From NCBI GenBank assembly GCA_021613535.1, contig CP075497.1, positions 9,548,001-9,612,000 on the forward strand: a stretch of DNA of 64,000 bases, written 5' to 3'. Of this stretch, positions 1 to 13,890 are shown piece by piece. The notes below the pieces were generated by a model that was not told the DNA's origin, did no database searches, and saw only the letters and a program-made list of their open reading frames with translations. The stretch's first letter is position 1, and each line of letters begins with the position of its first letter. The position numbers and the translations under genes were made by a program. This stretch comes from Adineta vaga (lineage: Eukaryota; Animalia; Rotifera).

Positions 1-3000
1 GGACAAGTAGATTAAATTAGAATGACGTTTTTATAGAACTAATAATATGACATGTTGTGAATGAGACAGATTATACGTAAACGGAAGTAAATGACCTTTC
101 CAGATAATAAAAATGTTCTCATCAAGAAAACTGACGTGCATGTATGCTCGTGTTTTATATCTATAACTTCCATTTTTTCTCACTTTGAACAACAAAGTAA
201 TAGTGCAAAAGAAAATAATTTTTTCTATTCTTACTTTAATGACAGTTTTTAATCGATAAGTGTTATAATGAAGAAAAAAGAAAAGGAATACCTGCCTTAT
301 GAAACTTTAAAAACTCAAGTAAATACTTTATACCTTTCCTCAATGTTATCAATAACTAGAATGGAAAAGAAGAGAACGAAGGAATACATTATTATATTTG
401 CTTCAAACAGAAAATCATCCTGCATTCAAATAGTCAATGAATAATCATATATGGTTCATTGGATATTCTCGTCCTATTTACACCTGAGAAACTCACTCGA
501 CTGACTAGACTCATTGTAATCACTGAGTTTTACAGACGAACACAAAGAGAGACACAGAGACATGCACACACACATAAGGGAAAAGAATCGCAGTATAGAA
601 TGCAGCAACTTGCAGAACGAAGAAAAAAAAGCAAAAAGAGTCCATGTTGTATTCTTGTGCAATTTGTCGTTACTCTCCCTCTCGCTCTCTATTCTTAGTT
701 GTCGAACACATAGTATAGAGAAAACTTTATATACACGCATATTCTATCAGCATGTTCAAGTACTCAAAAGAAAAATAGAAAGAACAGAGAAAAAATGGCA
801 TTGTTTCAAACACAGAAACTTAATTTATTTAATAATAGTTTATATTTGAATAGTACAGTAAATAAAACTTTCGATTGCATAGCAATCTTTCATTTTGAAC
901 ATCAAAAAAGAAAAAGAGAAAAAAGAAAAATGATTGATTATTTTTACTATATATAAATAAAAAAATGTCTAAGATTCAACTTACTCTTTTCAGATATTCA
1001 AAATCAATTGAAGTTTAAATCAACAAAAAAGAAACCAGTATGGGCTTTTAGTTCAAATCTTTTTCTTTAACATTGATTGTTTATTTCTACACAGTAGTAC
1101 TCAAATAACTAAGTGCTTTTCTATATGTATCTATTGATATAATTCTATCCATGTTATCCAATCTTTTTTCATCAATAGTTACGTTATATTATCTGTTCTA
1201 CATGAATAATTGTAACATGTTGTTATTCTTCTATTCATAAACGATATTGGTTCTGAAATAATCTGATGAATTATTAATTATCTCTGTAGATATGTGACGA
1301 AGAAGAAGAAGAAGCAAAAGAACGAAAGAATACTTATACTCATACACAATATCTTCAAGACGAGTAGCTAAGTTCATATATCCGTATAAACAAACAATAT
1401 TCATATAGTATTATTATTATTATTATTAAGATTATGATTTGTTCTTCTATTCCGAGAAAGTATGTGTTACAGCGTTTATGTAAGCGCTCTCCTAACAGCT
1501 GTCCTTGACATGCGTTGTCAGAACGTACAATTCTATAGTGGCAGCTTGCACAACGATCCTCATACAAAATACGTCAAGATTATTCCGTTTTTGTTCTCTT
1601 TTGCCTTTTGTTGATGTTAAGTAAATTTTACAATCTGCTGCATCTTTATTTTTCATCATTGATGAAAAAGAAAATGAATCATTTTCAAGCAAAATACTGA
1701 TCAATGTTAACAATGACATATTTTTTTACATGATGTTTATGAGAAAAGCTAATACGCTTCAAATGATTTATATCTTCACATAATCGATAATGGGAAAATT
1801 ACGATGTCTCTTCATGATTTAGTATATCTTCAGTTCTTTTCATCTGTTAACTGCCTATGTAATAGAAAACCTATTCATTCGTTAAATAATAATAAAAAAA
1901 GAGAAAAAAAAAGAAAATGTTTGTTGTTAATAATGTCTCTTTTGTTATTTAATGAACTGCTAGGATATAGTGCAGTGCGTACTCTTTTTTGATGACTAAA
2001 ATAGTAATTATGAATAAATTATAGTGAGAAAAATTGCTATTAATATTAGGCATTCATTTTAATAAAAAAAAATCGGGATAAAAGAACTGAGTGTGACTTT
2101 TCATAAATGTAAATATTGTACTATAACGATTGTTTTCTTCATTTTATGTTAGTTGAAGGAAAATCCTTGAGATTTACGGATATTTTCTATATAATTTATT
2201 AGTTTCATTTAATTGCGATCTTTGACAGTTATTTTCATATTTTATCAAATAAAATCAAGTCTTTCATTGACAAATGACATCATTGTTGGATAATTAACTG
2301 AGACAACATTGAATTTTTGATTTGTTAGACTAATACTTATGATGAGATGATGTCTGGAAATAGAAAGAGAATATTCTCTTAGGAATATTTGATTAATTTC
2401 TACTTTGTTCTTCAAAGTGCATTTGGAAATATTGATGAAAATCTTTAAAAATAGATTTTTCATGCTACAAATTAATCTTTACATAAGATCCATCACAAAC
2501 GAGCACATGATTACTGGTATTAACTCTTTCAATAGAATGTATTAATAGACGAGAAAAGTGTAAAAAGATTGGATTTTATAGTTAAATAATGAAGAGTTAT
2601 GATTGTTTACCTGAATTGTTAGTTTTTCGATATACATGATTATATCTCCATCAAGATATGAATGGTTCATAGTACCTGGATTTGTGTCATGTATATATCT
2701 CTCGAAAATGAATTAAAACATAGTTAGATCTGTTTCATCAAATAGAACAATGAACGGGAAATGAAATAAAGTTTAACTTTTGAAAGAAAAATCGAAATTC
2801 TTTCATGTCATTGAAACACTCATGTTTTCTTTTTTATTATAAAATTTTCTCTTCGAAATACATTCATAATTGAGTACTTATCGATGTATCTATTCATTTA
2901 TTTGATGTCTCTTTTTCATTCGTCCCGCCAAAGACATTTTGTTGAATGACAACGTCTTCCAACCGTACAATGTACAGGTCGATTTGATTAATAGCCTCTC

Positions 3001-3022
3001 TTGAGATCACCTTTGCCTTTTA

Positions 3023-3053
3023 TCTTTCTTTTCTTTCTTTCTTTCTTTCTTTC
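3023..3053. repeat. (CTTT)n microsatellite
   Basis: tctttcttttctttctttctttctttctttc. Other short simple repeats: (ATGT)n ~10212-10242, (TA)n ~14724-14743, (TCT)n ~23232-23254, (AG)n ~45450-45469 and (CT)n ~46603-46620. Confidence 0.85.
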
Positions 3054-4966
3054 TCTTTTCGTTTTCTAATAGTCTTCACACATACCTTTTCAAACTAACA
3101 TATTTTCATCTTGAATATGAATAATTCAATCTGATTTCATCATATCCTATGTGGCTTTTTTTTCAATGTTCTTTTAATCGTTTTTGTGAAAAGAACAAAA
3201 AAGATACTGCTGTTCAAACAGACAGATACCAAAATGATCGATGAGCATGCTGCTTCCGAACATAAGTGAGAAAATGATAATGACTTACGTTGTCATCCTC
3301 GAAGTCTCGATAAATATTTATACGCGTGCAGATAGATATGCATACATACATACATATATATATCGGAATTTTTTTTTCTTAACTCATTCAAAATAAGAAT
3401 TGAAGAATTGTATGTTCGCCTCATTAAAAGATCATTTTTCATTTTGTCTATTCTCATCTGTCGACCGACAACCAGATGCACAGAAGCATACATACACACC
3501 TTGTTCAATCTTACACTCAATTGACTCGAAATAACACATTGATTTCAAAACGGAGAACATCAATAATGTTAATTTGAATTAATTTAATTTTACATATTTT
3601 CGAAGAAAACACATTATTTATTGCCGACAGACGGAAAAAGAAAGCTTGTCTAATCTTCATGAAGTTTTCGTTCTTATATGTTCGAGATTGTGAGTAAAGA
3701 CAGAAGAAAAAAAGAAATCTCTCGATTTCATCAGTTACTCTTCGAGATCAAATAATTGCCTGATGGCTATTTTCATTTTATTTTTCTTGGTGATCGATTG
3801 ACAGGCGGCATTTCGTAAGAGTTTGTTCTTAGTGGGATGTGTGCGTATATATATAATTGTGTTACATCAACATTACGCCGCTTGCTATTGTCAGAAAAGA
3901 AGGAGAAAAAGAAAGAAAGTGAGTCAAGTATGTGTCTACTTGCAGAGAAGATGTGATCTTTCTCTTCTTCAGGTGTTATTATTTGTTCGTGAAAAAGTTG
4001 ACTTCACAACATCGTATGGCTCATTGAGCAAAGGCGGGACCCCTATGCCGACACTATTGAGAAGAATAGTGATCATACTCAACAAGCAAATATTGCAAGA
4101 TTCTTTTACTGTATTCATGTGCCGCTCGATCACTCTTGTAAAGAGATCATTGTTTCGTAGTTTTACATCTACTAGACGAAACATCTGATGATCAATTCAG
4201 TGTTTCTCTTCTGTTTCAAATAGAAACACAAATCAAAAGTAAACTTGATCCTCTATTTCATTTCATCATCGACATTTTGAATTCGATGTGCAAATGACAT
4301 CATCCGGATATCCGTCACATACATATACGAGAAATGTAAACCTGAATAAACAACGACAGAAATCATGCATAGGAAGACGTTGCAAGAAATTTTTATCTGA
4401 TTTATCTCTAACAAGCTTAGTATCATTCATCTTTTTCTGACAAATGAATAATGTGTACCACCTTGTTCTTGCTCAGAATATCTGTCTATATGCGTCTATC
4501 AAAATCTTTCATCACTTCCGTCTTGTCATCATTATATTAACCAATATAAAAGCAAGAAAAGAAATCTGTCTCGTGTGCTTGTACTTTTCTTTCCAATATC
4601 CTTATTAAATTGTGTGAAAAGATCAAAACTAAATTATTCAATAAACTCAATTGTTGTAATTAATTTGCATTACAATCAAAATGAACACATCACTTTTTTT
4701 TGCAAGAATGCTCATTGAAATCGATCGGAAGGCGTTTACTTTTGTCTTCATATCGTATGTGCTGCATAACGTTTTTTTCCTTTTTACAATAATATAGAAA
4801 TAGACGCACAGTATGATATCAAAAAAAGAACGGCAATAATAACTTCTGTCAACGATAATGAATGTATTTTGATCATGCGTAGCCTTTGGTTGGTGAAAAC
4901 GAACGAAGGTAATTATATCTTTCTTTCGAACAGGTAACGTACAAAAAAGAAATAGGCTTTTAAATG

Positions 4967-5015
4967 CCATAAATCAAATCTGGCAAGTTAGGAACACCCT
5001 CCTCGTCAATCAATA
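4967..5015 (-). promoter_or_regulatory. Candidate Pbx-Hox and Pbx-Meis composite sites upstream of Hox3
   Basis: ccataaatca at 4967-4976 reads TGATTTATGG on the minus strand. cgtcaatcaat at 5005-5015 reads ATTGATTGACG. Both lie ~600 nt upstream of the ATG. Motif match only. Confidence 0.3.
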
Positions 5016-5587
5016 TTGCTTATAGACCATGAGAACAAGGTAGAAGAAAAAATAAAACGACAAAGATTTTTCAAAAACCTTCTTTTATTTTACATGACTG
5101 TACTATTCACACATTTCTTCTTTTTTTCTCTCTCCAATCGATTGATACAAACAAACTTGAAAGTTGATCAAGAAAAAAAGGACCGACATATCACCTCTGA
5201 TTTCTTTTCTTTTTCTCTTATTGTTCTCTTGCTTTTGATTGGTTAGAAAAGATATTCTTTTTTTATCGAATGAGAATTGATTGCATCCCTAAATATGGGA
5301 AAGGAGAGTGAGAAGAAAAAAAGAAAGTTACTCGTCCATTAGATCGAATATATATTCTTTACATTGCAAAAAGGAAAAAAATTGTTTCTCCTCTTATTCA
5401 TAATTAATTGCTGACATTACATTCCATTAACGAAATTTCGATAGATACACTTAAATTACTATTATTTCAATTACTATCGACAAGTTATTTGTCAATTTTA
5501 TAATTACTATCATAGATATTTAGAGAGAAAAACTATATACATCTTTATTTGGGATTTTGTTTCTTTCTTCTTTACCTTGATTAAATA

Positions 5588-7511
5588 ATGGTAAAAAACG
5601 AGCACCAACTGCAGTCGATGCCATGGGATATACATCAAAATCATCATCATACACAACAACAGCAACAACAACAGCTTGACTATTATATGAATGTACCAGC
5701 AACTTCCTATACAAATGTCAATCTAATCATTAATAATACCAATCGAATTAATTGCAATGGAACAAATCAAACAACAATGGAGTCAAGATTGAGTCCTTTA
5801 CCAGTAGGTACAACACCTCAAACTGTGCCTTCTTCAACACACAAATCACGTTCAAATTCAGCAAAAAATTCTTCATCATCACCAACAGATTTCACATCAA
5901 CATCAATTCCTCAACATAAAGAAGTTTATGCATGGATGAATGATAAAAAACATGGAACAAATAAAAATAAAAATGGATCAAAAAATAATTCAGGACACAA
6001 TACAACATCGACTTCATCATCGTCTTCATCATCCGGTAAGATTTGTTTAAAAGTCTAGAAGAACTCATCCCTTGAGTGTAAATATGAGAATGAATAAGAG
6101 TGTGAAATCTTTAAGGGTCAACGATTTTTTTTTGCCAAAAATCGAACTAAACTAGGTGAGAAAAATTCATGGACCCTAGCAGTACAGAGGTGTCTCTTAT
6201 TCGACACGCATACGAAATGATTTAATTCATCCAATTGTCATCAGGTGATGATATTAGTTTACATCGCGTGTCATTCATTTGTGTCTTTTTCTTTTTCTAA
6301 ACAAATCTCCATAGAATACATAGATCGAGTTCTTCTCATCATTGAGAAGAAGACATCTAACCGCTTGTTTGTCTCGACTTATACATGTTTTTCATCTTCG
6401 TTTACTGACAGGCGCGCGCGCGCCCGTCCGCATTTCTTTCTATTGACGATGATAAATGATCATATCATTATTCATCCAATACCGACGCGTTCTCATCGGG
6501 CGAATAGGATACAGAACATTGAATCTTGTCATTGCAAAAGGTTTTCTTCTTTTCTCTTCCTCTCTATTGATCAATAGTTAAGATAATTATTATCTTTTGG
6601 ATTTTCTATAGATAAAAGCAATTCAGCATCATCAAAACGAGCTCGAACAGCTTATACAAGTGCTCAACTAGTTGAACTTGAAAAAGAATTTCTTTATAAT
6701 AAATATTTAAATCGTCCACGACGAATTGAACTAGCACAAGCATTAAGTTTAACTGAACGACAGGTAAAAAAATACAACTTTTTATTATTATTTCATTCAT
6801 CTGATTTTCTTTTTTTTCCTTTCCATTTGTCGTGTTGTATAGATCAAGGTAAGAAATATCTTTGTATTTTTTCTAATTGAAAAACTTACCATCCTTTTTT
6901 GTTCTCTTTTATAGATATGGTTTCAAAATCGGTATGTCAAACATCATATCTTTCGTTACATATATAAATAGTTTCATTGATTTCTTTTTAGTCGAATGAA
7001 AGATAAAAAAGATGGTAAAAGTCGAACATCATATAATAATGGTTGTGTTCTTGGTTTAAATAATTCTCCATTGGCTACATCGACAACAGACAAAGATGAA
7101 TTAAATTCATCGTCAGTTCTTCGTTCATATCATCATCATCATCTTCCAGCTCATCATCATGGATACTATCAACCACCACCACCACCCTCATCCATGTCTG
7201 TCACATTTTCAACCTCACCATCATCAAATTATTCAAAATCTTTTCAACAACAAATTGAATATAATACAACAACACCAACAGATATGTATGATATGTCAGC
7301 AAATTATTGTCTAAAACAATCACCGACATCACCATTCAATCCATCAAATTATTATACAAATAATGTTGGAAATAATTTGAAAACAAATTATTTACCTCCA
7401 ACTTCGTATGAACGTCCACCCGTACCATTTGATTCCTATTATTTTAATTCGGACACATCATCTGTTATACATCATCAACAATCCGGTCCAGTCTTACCTC
7501 CATTTGCATAG
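5588..7511 (+). CDS. Hox3: Hox3-like (paralogy group 3) homeodomain transcription factor, 5 exons
   Basis: Exons 5588-6035, 6612-6763, 6843-6848, 6915-6931 and 6992-7511, all GT-AG and in phase. Hexapeptide-like VYAWM in exon 1. The spliced homeodomain [59 protein letters not shown] carries the PG3 signature [19 protein letters not shown], followed by a long C-terminal tail. Confidence 0.9.
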
Positions 7512-9900
7512 AACATATATGATAAATAATCTTCTATCTGTTTCTATTCTTCTTCTTCTTCTCTTCTTCTTCTTTTTTGTCTAGTCTTGATAATCTTTCT
7601 TTTCTTCCTCTTGCAATTCATATGTTTATTATAATATTGTTGTTAGATGTTGATTTTCTTTCTCCTCCTTCTTCTTCTTCTGTTTTTGTGTTCTACGAAT
7701 TGTCTACATTATATAAAAAAACTGTTCTGTATAACTGTCAGAAAATGTCAGCTCTTGTATAAAAAAAAGAAAGATATTTGATAGATTTACCAAGTGATTT
7801 ATCATTAAATGGACTTCATTTATTTCAAACTATTTGTGAAGAAGGTTGAATACAGAAGAGTAAAAACAACTACTGAGCAATTAGTTTTTGACATAGTTGT
7901 CAGCCATTTGATCGTGATTCGTGTAATGTTATGTACTAAATATAAATGTCACTATAAGTTAGATAATGATATCACTCTATGATGATTCAATATACATTTT
8001 CATTATTAAAATATATGGTGCAATGTAGAATTATCAATAAATGAAGAACGTTTAATTTGTTCTGGATTGACAAATCATTTCTTAAAGTGTTGCAAATAAC
8101 AGAAATCACCGTACTTACATATTCTTCGATCAAAGAGCGTTGATGATCCAAAAGAATATTACTGTATAGATCTTTCAACAGGTGTCAGTAACGTGAAAAC
8201 TTGTTTATGTTTATATAAAAAAATGTAATTTCACCAATGTTTAAATGATTTAAATAATGCAATATGTCATACTTTCGAATTAAAGCTATTCGTAGTAAAT
8301 AATTATCGATTGATTTCTACAATACCAACACCCAGATTTTCTTACTGGGATAAAAATATTATAAATACAAATGAGTCGGTAGATTTTGTTAAACACACGT
8401 AAAAGATTTTATTTCATAACACACTGAATGAGTCAAAACTATGCTAAAAGAAAAGCTTTTCTTTCGTTAATTATGAATCATAATCCGCAATGCGATTTAT
8501 ATTATGGGTTAATAGTTTTGTTCGAATTGGATCTCTCTTATAATCTGATGATTTTGAAATCCTTACATATATTTACTAACGAGATAATATTCAGTAACAA
8601 TGTACACTTGATTCACAGTGTTTTAAATGTCTACCTTTTGTTTTAAGTTTTAGAACGAGAAAAAATTCCAACTTGTATTCTTTATTGTTGTTATTATTAT
8701 TGTCATATCAAATAGTTATTTAGTCCGACTTCATCACCTTAAGCAAACGATTGTCTTGTGCTTCATTTATTCATTCGCATTCTTCATTTTTTTATTTGTT
8801 TTGTCGCATAAAATGTGTTGATTACAGAATAAAAGTAGCACTCTTCAGATTGGCACTACTGATAGAAACAATAATACATTATAACGAGAGAAAAAGTCTT
8901 ACAAATGCTTTCAACGAATCGGCACGCGTCTTTTTTGTACAAACTTTGTTGATGTACAATATCAATTAGCATATTGGCGGATTGCTTTTTTGACTTAGCA
9001 GTTTCAAATAGAATGATAGTTAATCCGATGAAAACTCTCGTAATCTTTTTCTTTTCTCTTTACATTTGATATGATCTAAATATATTCTTGATATTAACTA
9101 ATTTGACGTGTTTTTCATGTTGAAACATAGTTTTACTTCGATCTAAAGATAAATGTATAGAAATGTACTCACCAAATGAATCTTCTAGAATCGAATGTCA
9201 GATTAGGGTCATTGTGAATTCGAAGTTCTCTCATAGGTCAAAGACAATCATATGCAAATGAGAACATAGCTTTTTCTTGATTAAAATATTAGTGAAATAT
9301 ATATCTTATTTGAAAATATTAAATTTAAATCACTCTTTTGACAATATTCTTAATGCAAATCTATATTTATCAATTGTTTTTCCTTTTTCATCTGATTCCA
9401 AACATTATTGTTAATTTCAATTTTCCGATCAAGACATCAAAACATCGAAGATCATCATATTGATGAAGTCATCAAATATTATTGATGTATAAGTAATGCA
9501 CAAGAATCAAAGATGAAAAAAAGAAAGCTTCAACTTGTTTATGTTTTCTTTGCGTCTTTTGTCGTCACAATTTACATGAGACGATTCGTTACAGAACATC
9601 AGAACAGCATTCAATATGTGTCTCACTCTTCTTTTTTTTTCTCCTTCACTTTTTTTCTTATATTTACCTTTTTGCCTGATTGAATTCTTCTTATGGTATG
9701 CGCATCGCTTTCCTATTGGTTATTTTGTCAAACATACTGCCACTTGAAAACGAATCGATGTTGGTGTTGTTATTAAAGTATAACATAATAGTAGGTGAAA
9801 GCAGAGAGAAGAGAGAGAGAGAGAGAAGAAAAAGAGCATACAAATTTCAGTCGAAAGTCATTCTATCACATAAAATATTCTTCAACATTCATTTGCCATT

Positions 9901-11732
9901 ATGAGTGGAGGTATTTGATGATTAAAAACTTTATTCGAAGATTTTCAACTGTTCTCTTCGTTTTATTTTTCATAGGTCGTATATTATACAATATTCCATG
10001 TTCAGTTTGTCATGATAATTCTTCTGGCAAACATTATAGTGTCTATGCATGTGATGGGTATGTGAAATATTGTATTCTACTTAGTACCTTTGTTCCGTCG
10101 AAAAGGTTACTAATGTTGTTCTTAGAAGATGATATTGTTAAACATCGATCTCTATTTTGAAAAGATGGAATAGCTTCAAGACATTCTCACCTTTTCGTCT
10201 TTTCAATAACGATGTATATGTATGTATGTATGTATGTATGTATATACATATACGCCTTGTTAATACATTAGGAGTGAGCACTTATAGAGATTCACCAGAA
10301 GTGTGTCGGACAATGGCTGACTCGATTCTTCAACTGTATTCTGTTGTTTCTCTATTTTAAGAATTATGATTGGTAGAAATAAAACAAAACTTTGTAGGAT
10401 TGAAATGATTTCAAGTTGAAAGATTTTTCTTGACATTTTGTCGTAATAGTTTACTAAAGATTTAAAAATTAATTAATTCAATAGTATCTTCATTTTAGTT
10501 GTGCTGGGTTTTTCAAAAGATCAGTACGAAGGAATCGTGTCTATCATTGTAAAAATCGTAACAAATGTGTCGTGGATAAATATCGACGAAATCAATGTCG
10601 CGCTTGTCGTTATCGTATGTATTCGTTAGATTGTCTGCAAGTCCTTATTAGATTATCGAATCTGTGTTTTTTTTTATAGGTCGATGTATCGATGCAGGAA
10701 TGAATAAAGATGGTAGGATTGATGTCTTTAGATAATAAATATATTAAGTTTGAAATATAATTAGCTGTTCAAAATGAACGAGGTCCAAGACAACCATTTC
10801 CTGATCGACATATGCATATAACCGGTTCATTTGGACTTAAACCAGAAGTAAAATCTTTGTATAGTCTTTAGGTAAAACATCAACTTTTCTCTCGATTTAG
10901 ACTTCTTATATCACCCCGGCTGTTCAAATTCCTTTATCCAATACTCAATTTCAATCAACACCCTCACCCTTCAAACTGGATCTATATGTTTATGAAATGG
11001 CTGCTCGTATTCTTTTCTATATGGTACATTGGTTACGTTCAATAAAAGATTTTCAAATGGTTCATGTCAAAGATCAGGTAAAACTAAACAATTTTATCTT
11101 CTCTAGAGAAAAAAAATCATATCAATTCAATTCAGATTGCTAGTCTTGTTCATTGTTGGCATGAGATATTTCTTTTGTCATTATGTGAATATAAATTCGA
11201 TGTACCATGGATGAATTTAATTCATTCAGGTAAGTTTTTTTTTGGTTCTGATACAAATGAATGCGAAAATGGAATTATTGTTTTCATATAGCTGATCGAT
11301 CGAATGCAATGGGTATTAAAAATTTATATATAATGCAAGATATTTATAATCGCATTCAACAGATGAATATTGATTATGTCGAATATTTTCATCTAAAACT
11401 TTTATTATTTTCTCGATGGAGTAAGTTTTTCAAAACATTGTCGAATTCTGATGATAGATTGAAAGATTTATGTTGTTTTAGTTGAACCAAATCAAAATCA
11501 AAATGGACGTAGTTTACTTGATGATCATCTAGCAGCATTAGAAATGCATATTCATCAAACATATCCTCTTCAACCACAACGTTTTGAACAATTAAAAAAT
11601 CTTCTATCTAATTTACGTACAATATCTTCTCCAGAAATTCAAAATATTTTCTTTAAAAACATTCTTGGATACTGTTCAATTGAGTTAATTCTACGAAACT
11701 TATATGAAACGATTTCGACATCATCAACATAA
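9901..11732 (+). CDS. tll: Nuclear receptor tailless/TLX (NR2E1)
   Basis: Exons start 9901-9910, 9976-10057, 10499-10614, 10680-10712, 10765-. DBD reads [39 protein letters not shown]...[30 protein letters not shown] (P-box DGCAG and the NERGPR box typical of NR2E). LBD motifs: [14 protein letters not shown]...KDQ and RFEQLKNLL...[11 protein letters not shown]...ILRNLY. Confidence 0.9.
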
Positions 11733-13890
11733 ATGTAACATTGCGATTGAGTTGGGAACAGTATTGATGAATGACATATGGAGAATTTCTTTGTGGTTTT
11801 TCAAAGTCTCGGATGTATTTGATTGACTTCAATCTGTTTGTGTGTGTTTGTATAAATTTTTACGTTAAAACTATCATTCAAGATGTGTTTGTTGTTTTTT
11901 TTTCATGAAATGTGAGAACGGTGTGTTGATTTAATAAGTTTTTCATATAGATTTTTAATTGATACTTGTTTAGATTAGTTCCTATAGTCAAATATAATCT
12001 TGATGGTGAATCGATTTGTACAAATACAACAAAATTTAACTTTTGATTCCCGTATTGTTGAATATCGATGGTATAGCTATATCCGATGGTGTTTTGCATT
12101 ACTTCTAGTCAAACTAGATGTTATTTCTTTAACAATAAGTTTTGAGTTAATAATCAATTCTATGTGTGTCTTTAACGGCCTCTACAGATAAACCATTTTA
12201 TCCTACAACGAATATTTCAAAAATAATTCATCAGTTCTTAACGGAGAAATATTTATTTTATTAGAAGCATAAAGTTTTTAGATAAATATCGAACAAAATG
12301 ATGGAATCTATTAATAAATAATACCAATACTACATTCTTGATAATATACAACATTGAAAGATCAGAACGTATTTGCATCCGTTTTGTCTAAAAGTTTCGA
12401 TATATTATTTTATATTCTCTTCGTTTATTGAATCTTTTTTTAACGTAAAAAATCAAAATGAACTAATCTCTTTACCGATGATAGTCTATTGGCCTTGTGA
12501 TTAGCATATTAAGATACAAAACAAGTTTAAGTCAATACTGAATGTGAACAAAATTTAATTAAATCCTCTTTGAAGTTTAACGATAAAAATTTTGTTCTTT
12601 TTTTTTCAATAAAATTCAAAATAAAATGACCTATTTAAACTTATATTACTTATTTAACCACTTTTGCCTTTTTGTTTATTCATCAGGCAGTTTATGCTTT
12701 TTGAATTCATCTGTTATCGTATGTGCTTATACAATAGAGTGACTGTATTAGTAAAAGAAATTTGAAATTATATTTTATTCCATTTACTGCATTATGAAAT
12801 TTGAGTGTGGGTAAATAGACAAATCTACAAGAATCCAATTCAATGAGAAAATGAAAGTGAAAGAAGAAGAAGAAAAAGTGCGTAACATTCGAATAGATTT
12901 TACATTTTCTTGATCAATGTTGAGAATCATTGAAATCTTTTGTTCTCCTTTTTTTTCTCAATTTGAACTTTGTCTTTGTTTTTATTGACGAAATGTAATA
13001 ATGAGAATGAAAATGCTATAAAGATTCGACTAATTCATCAATCGAACGAGAAATAGAAAAGCTAAATTTATTTTTCTGATTGTAAATATTTTCTTTTCAA
13101 ATCTCGTATATATTCAATGTGTGGGCCACTTAATGGGAAGAGACAGAGAGAAAATTATTGAAGCGAAGAATAGGAGAAAGAGGGAATATGCATGAATTTA
13201 ATTGCCGTAGTGGCAAAGGTGCGACCCTTTTTCCTCCCTTTCTTTCTTTCACCTGAGGGGTGAACGAATAAATCGAATATATATATATGTGTGCGTGTGT
13301 ATGTATGTATGTCTTTGTGAAGAAACGAAAAAAAAAAATGCGAAGGAGAAGATTGTAGTCTTTAGCGTCGTCGTCTTGGTGGCTGTACATATGTATGAAA
13401 CAAGCGACGACGTTCGTATTTGACAAAAGAAGGACATAGTGTGACTGTAGAATGAAAGAAAAAGAGAAAAAGAAGAAAGAGAAAGACGAATCACTCTACT
13501 GCCCACGTTTGGTTTGTATCGCGACGAACGAACGGAAGGCAGATTAGAGATCAACATAATAAAATTCGCCATACGATGTGTCACCATTGCTCAGTCATTC
13601 TTTTACTCTTTTTCTCATCATTTCGTTAGCTTTTTATTCTTACTTCTTGTTCTATACACAACAGCAACAATAACAACAACAACAAAATCATCATCATCAT
13701 CAACGAAACGTTTCACTTGTTCTGTTCGTAGCATACATATTAGACGTGATTTTTTTTACTTGTATTAACTACTTTCATTCGTTGTCGTTACCTGACTCGT
13801 TCTCATTCATTCATCCGTGTGACGAACAACATTTTATAACGCGCATGTACGCACATAACTAGCTTCTATTAAACGAAATAATAATCAACT

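Noticed and set aside
459-5246. Many 60-120 aa ORFs upstream of Hox3
   Set aside because: Low-complexity K/F/I-rich translations of AT-rich non-coding DNA, with no motifs or consistent splice structure.
1-5587. Hox-associated microRNAs (miR-10/miR-993 family) near Hox3
   Set aside because: I could not find the mature sequences by eye. An Infernal or miRBase search would be needed to exclude them.
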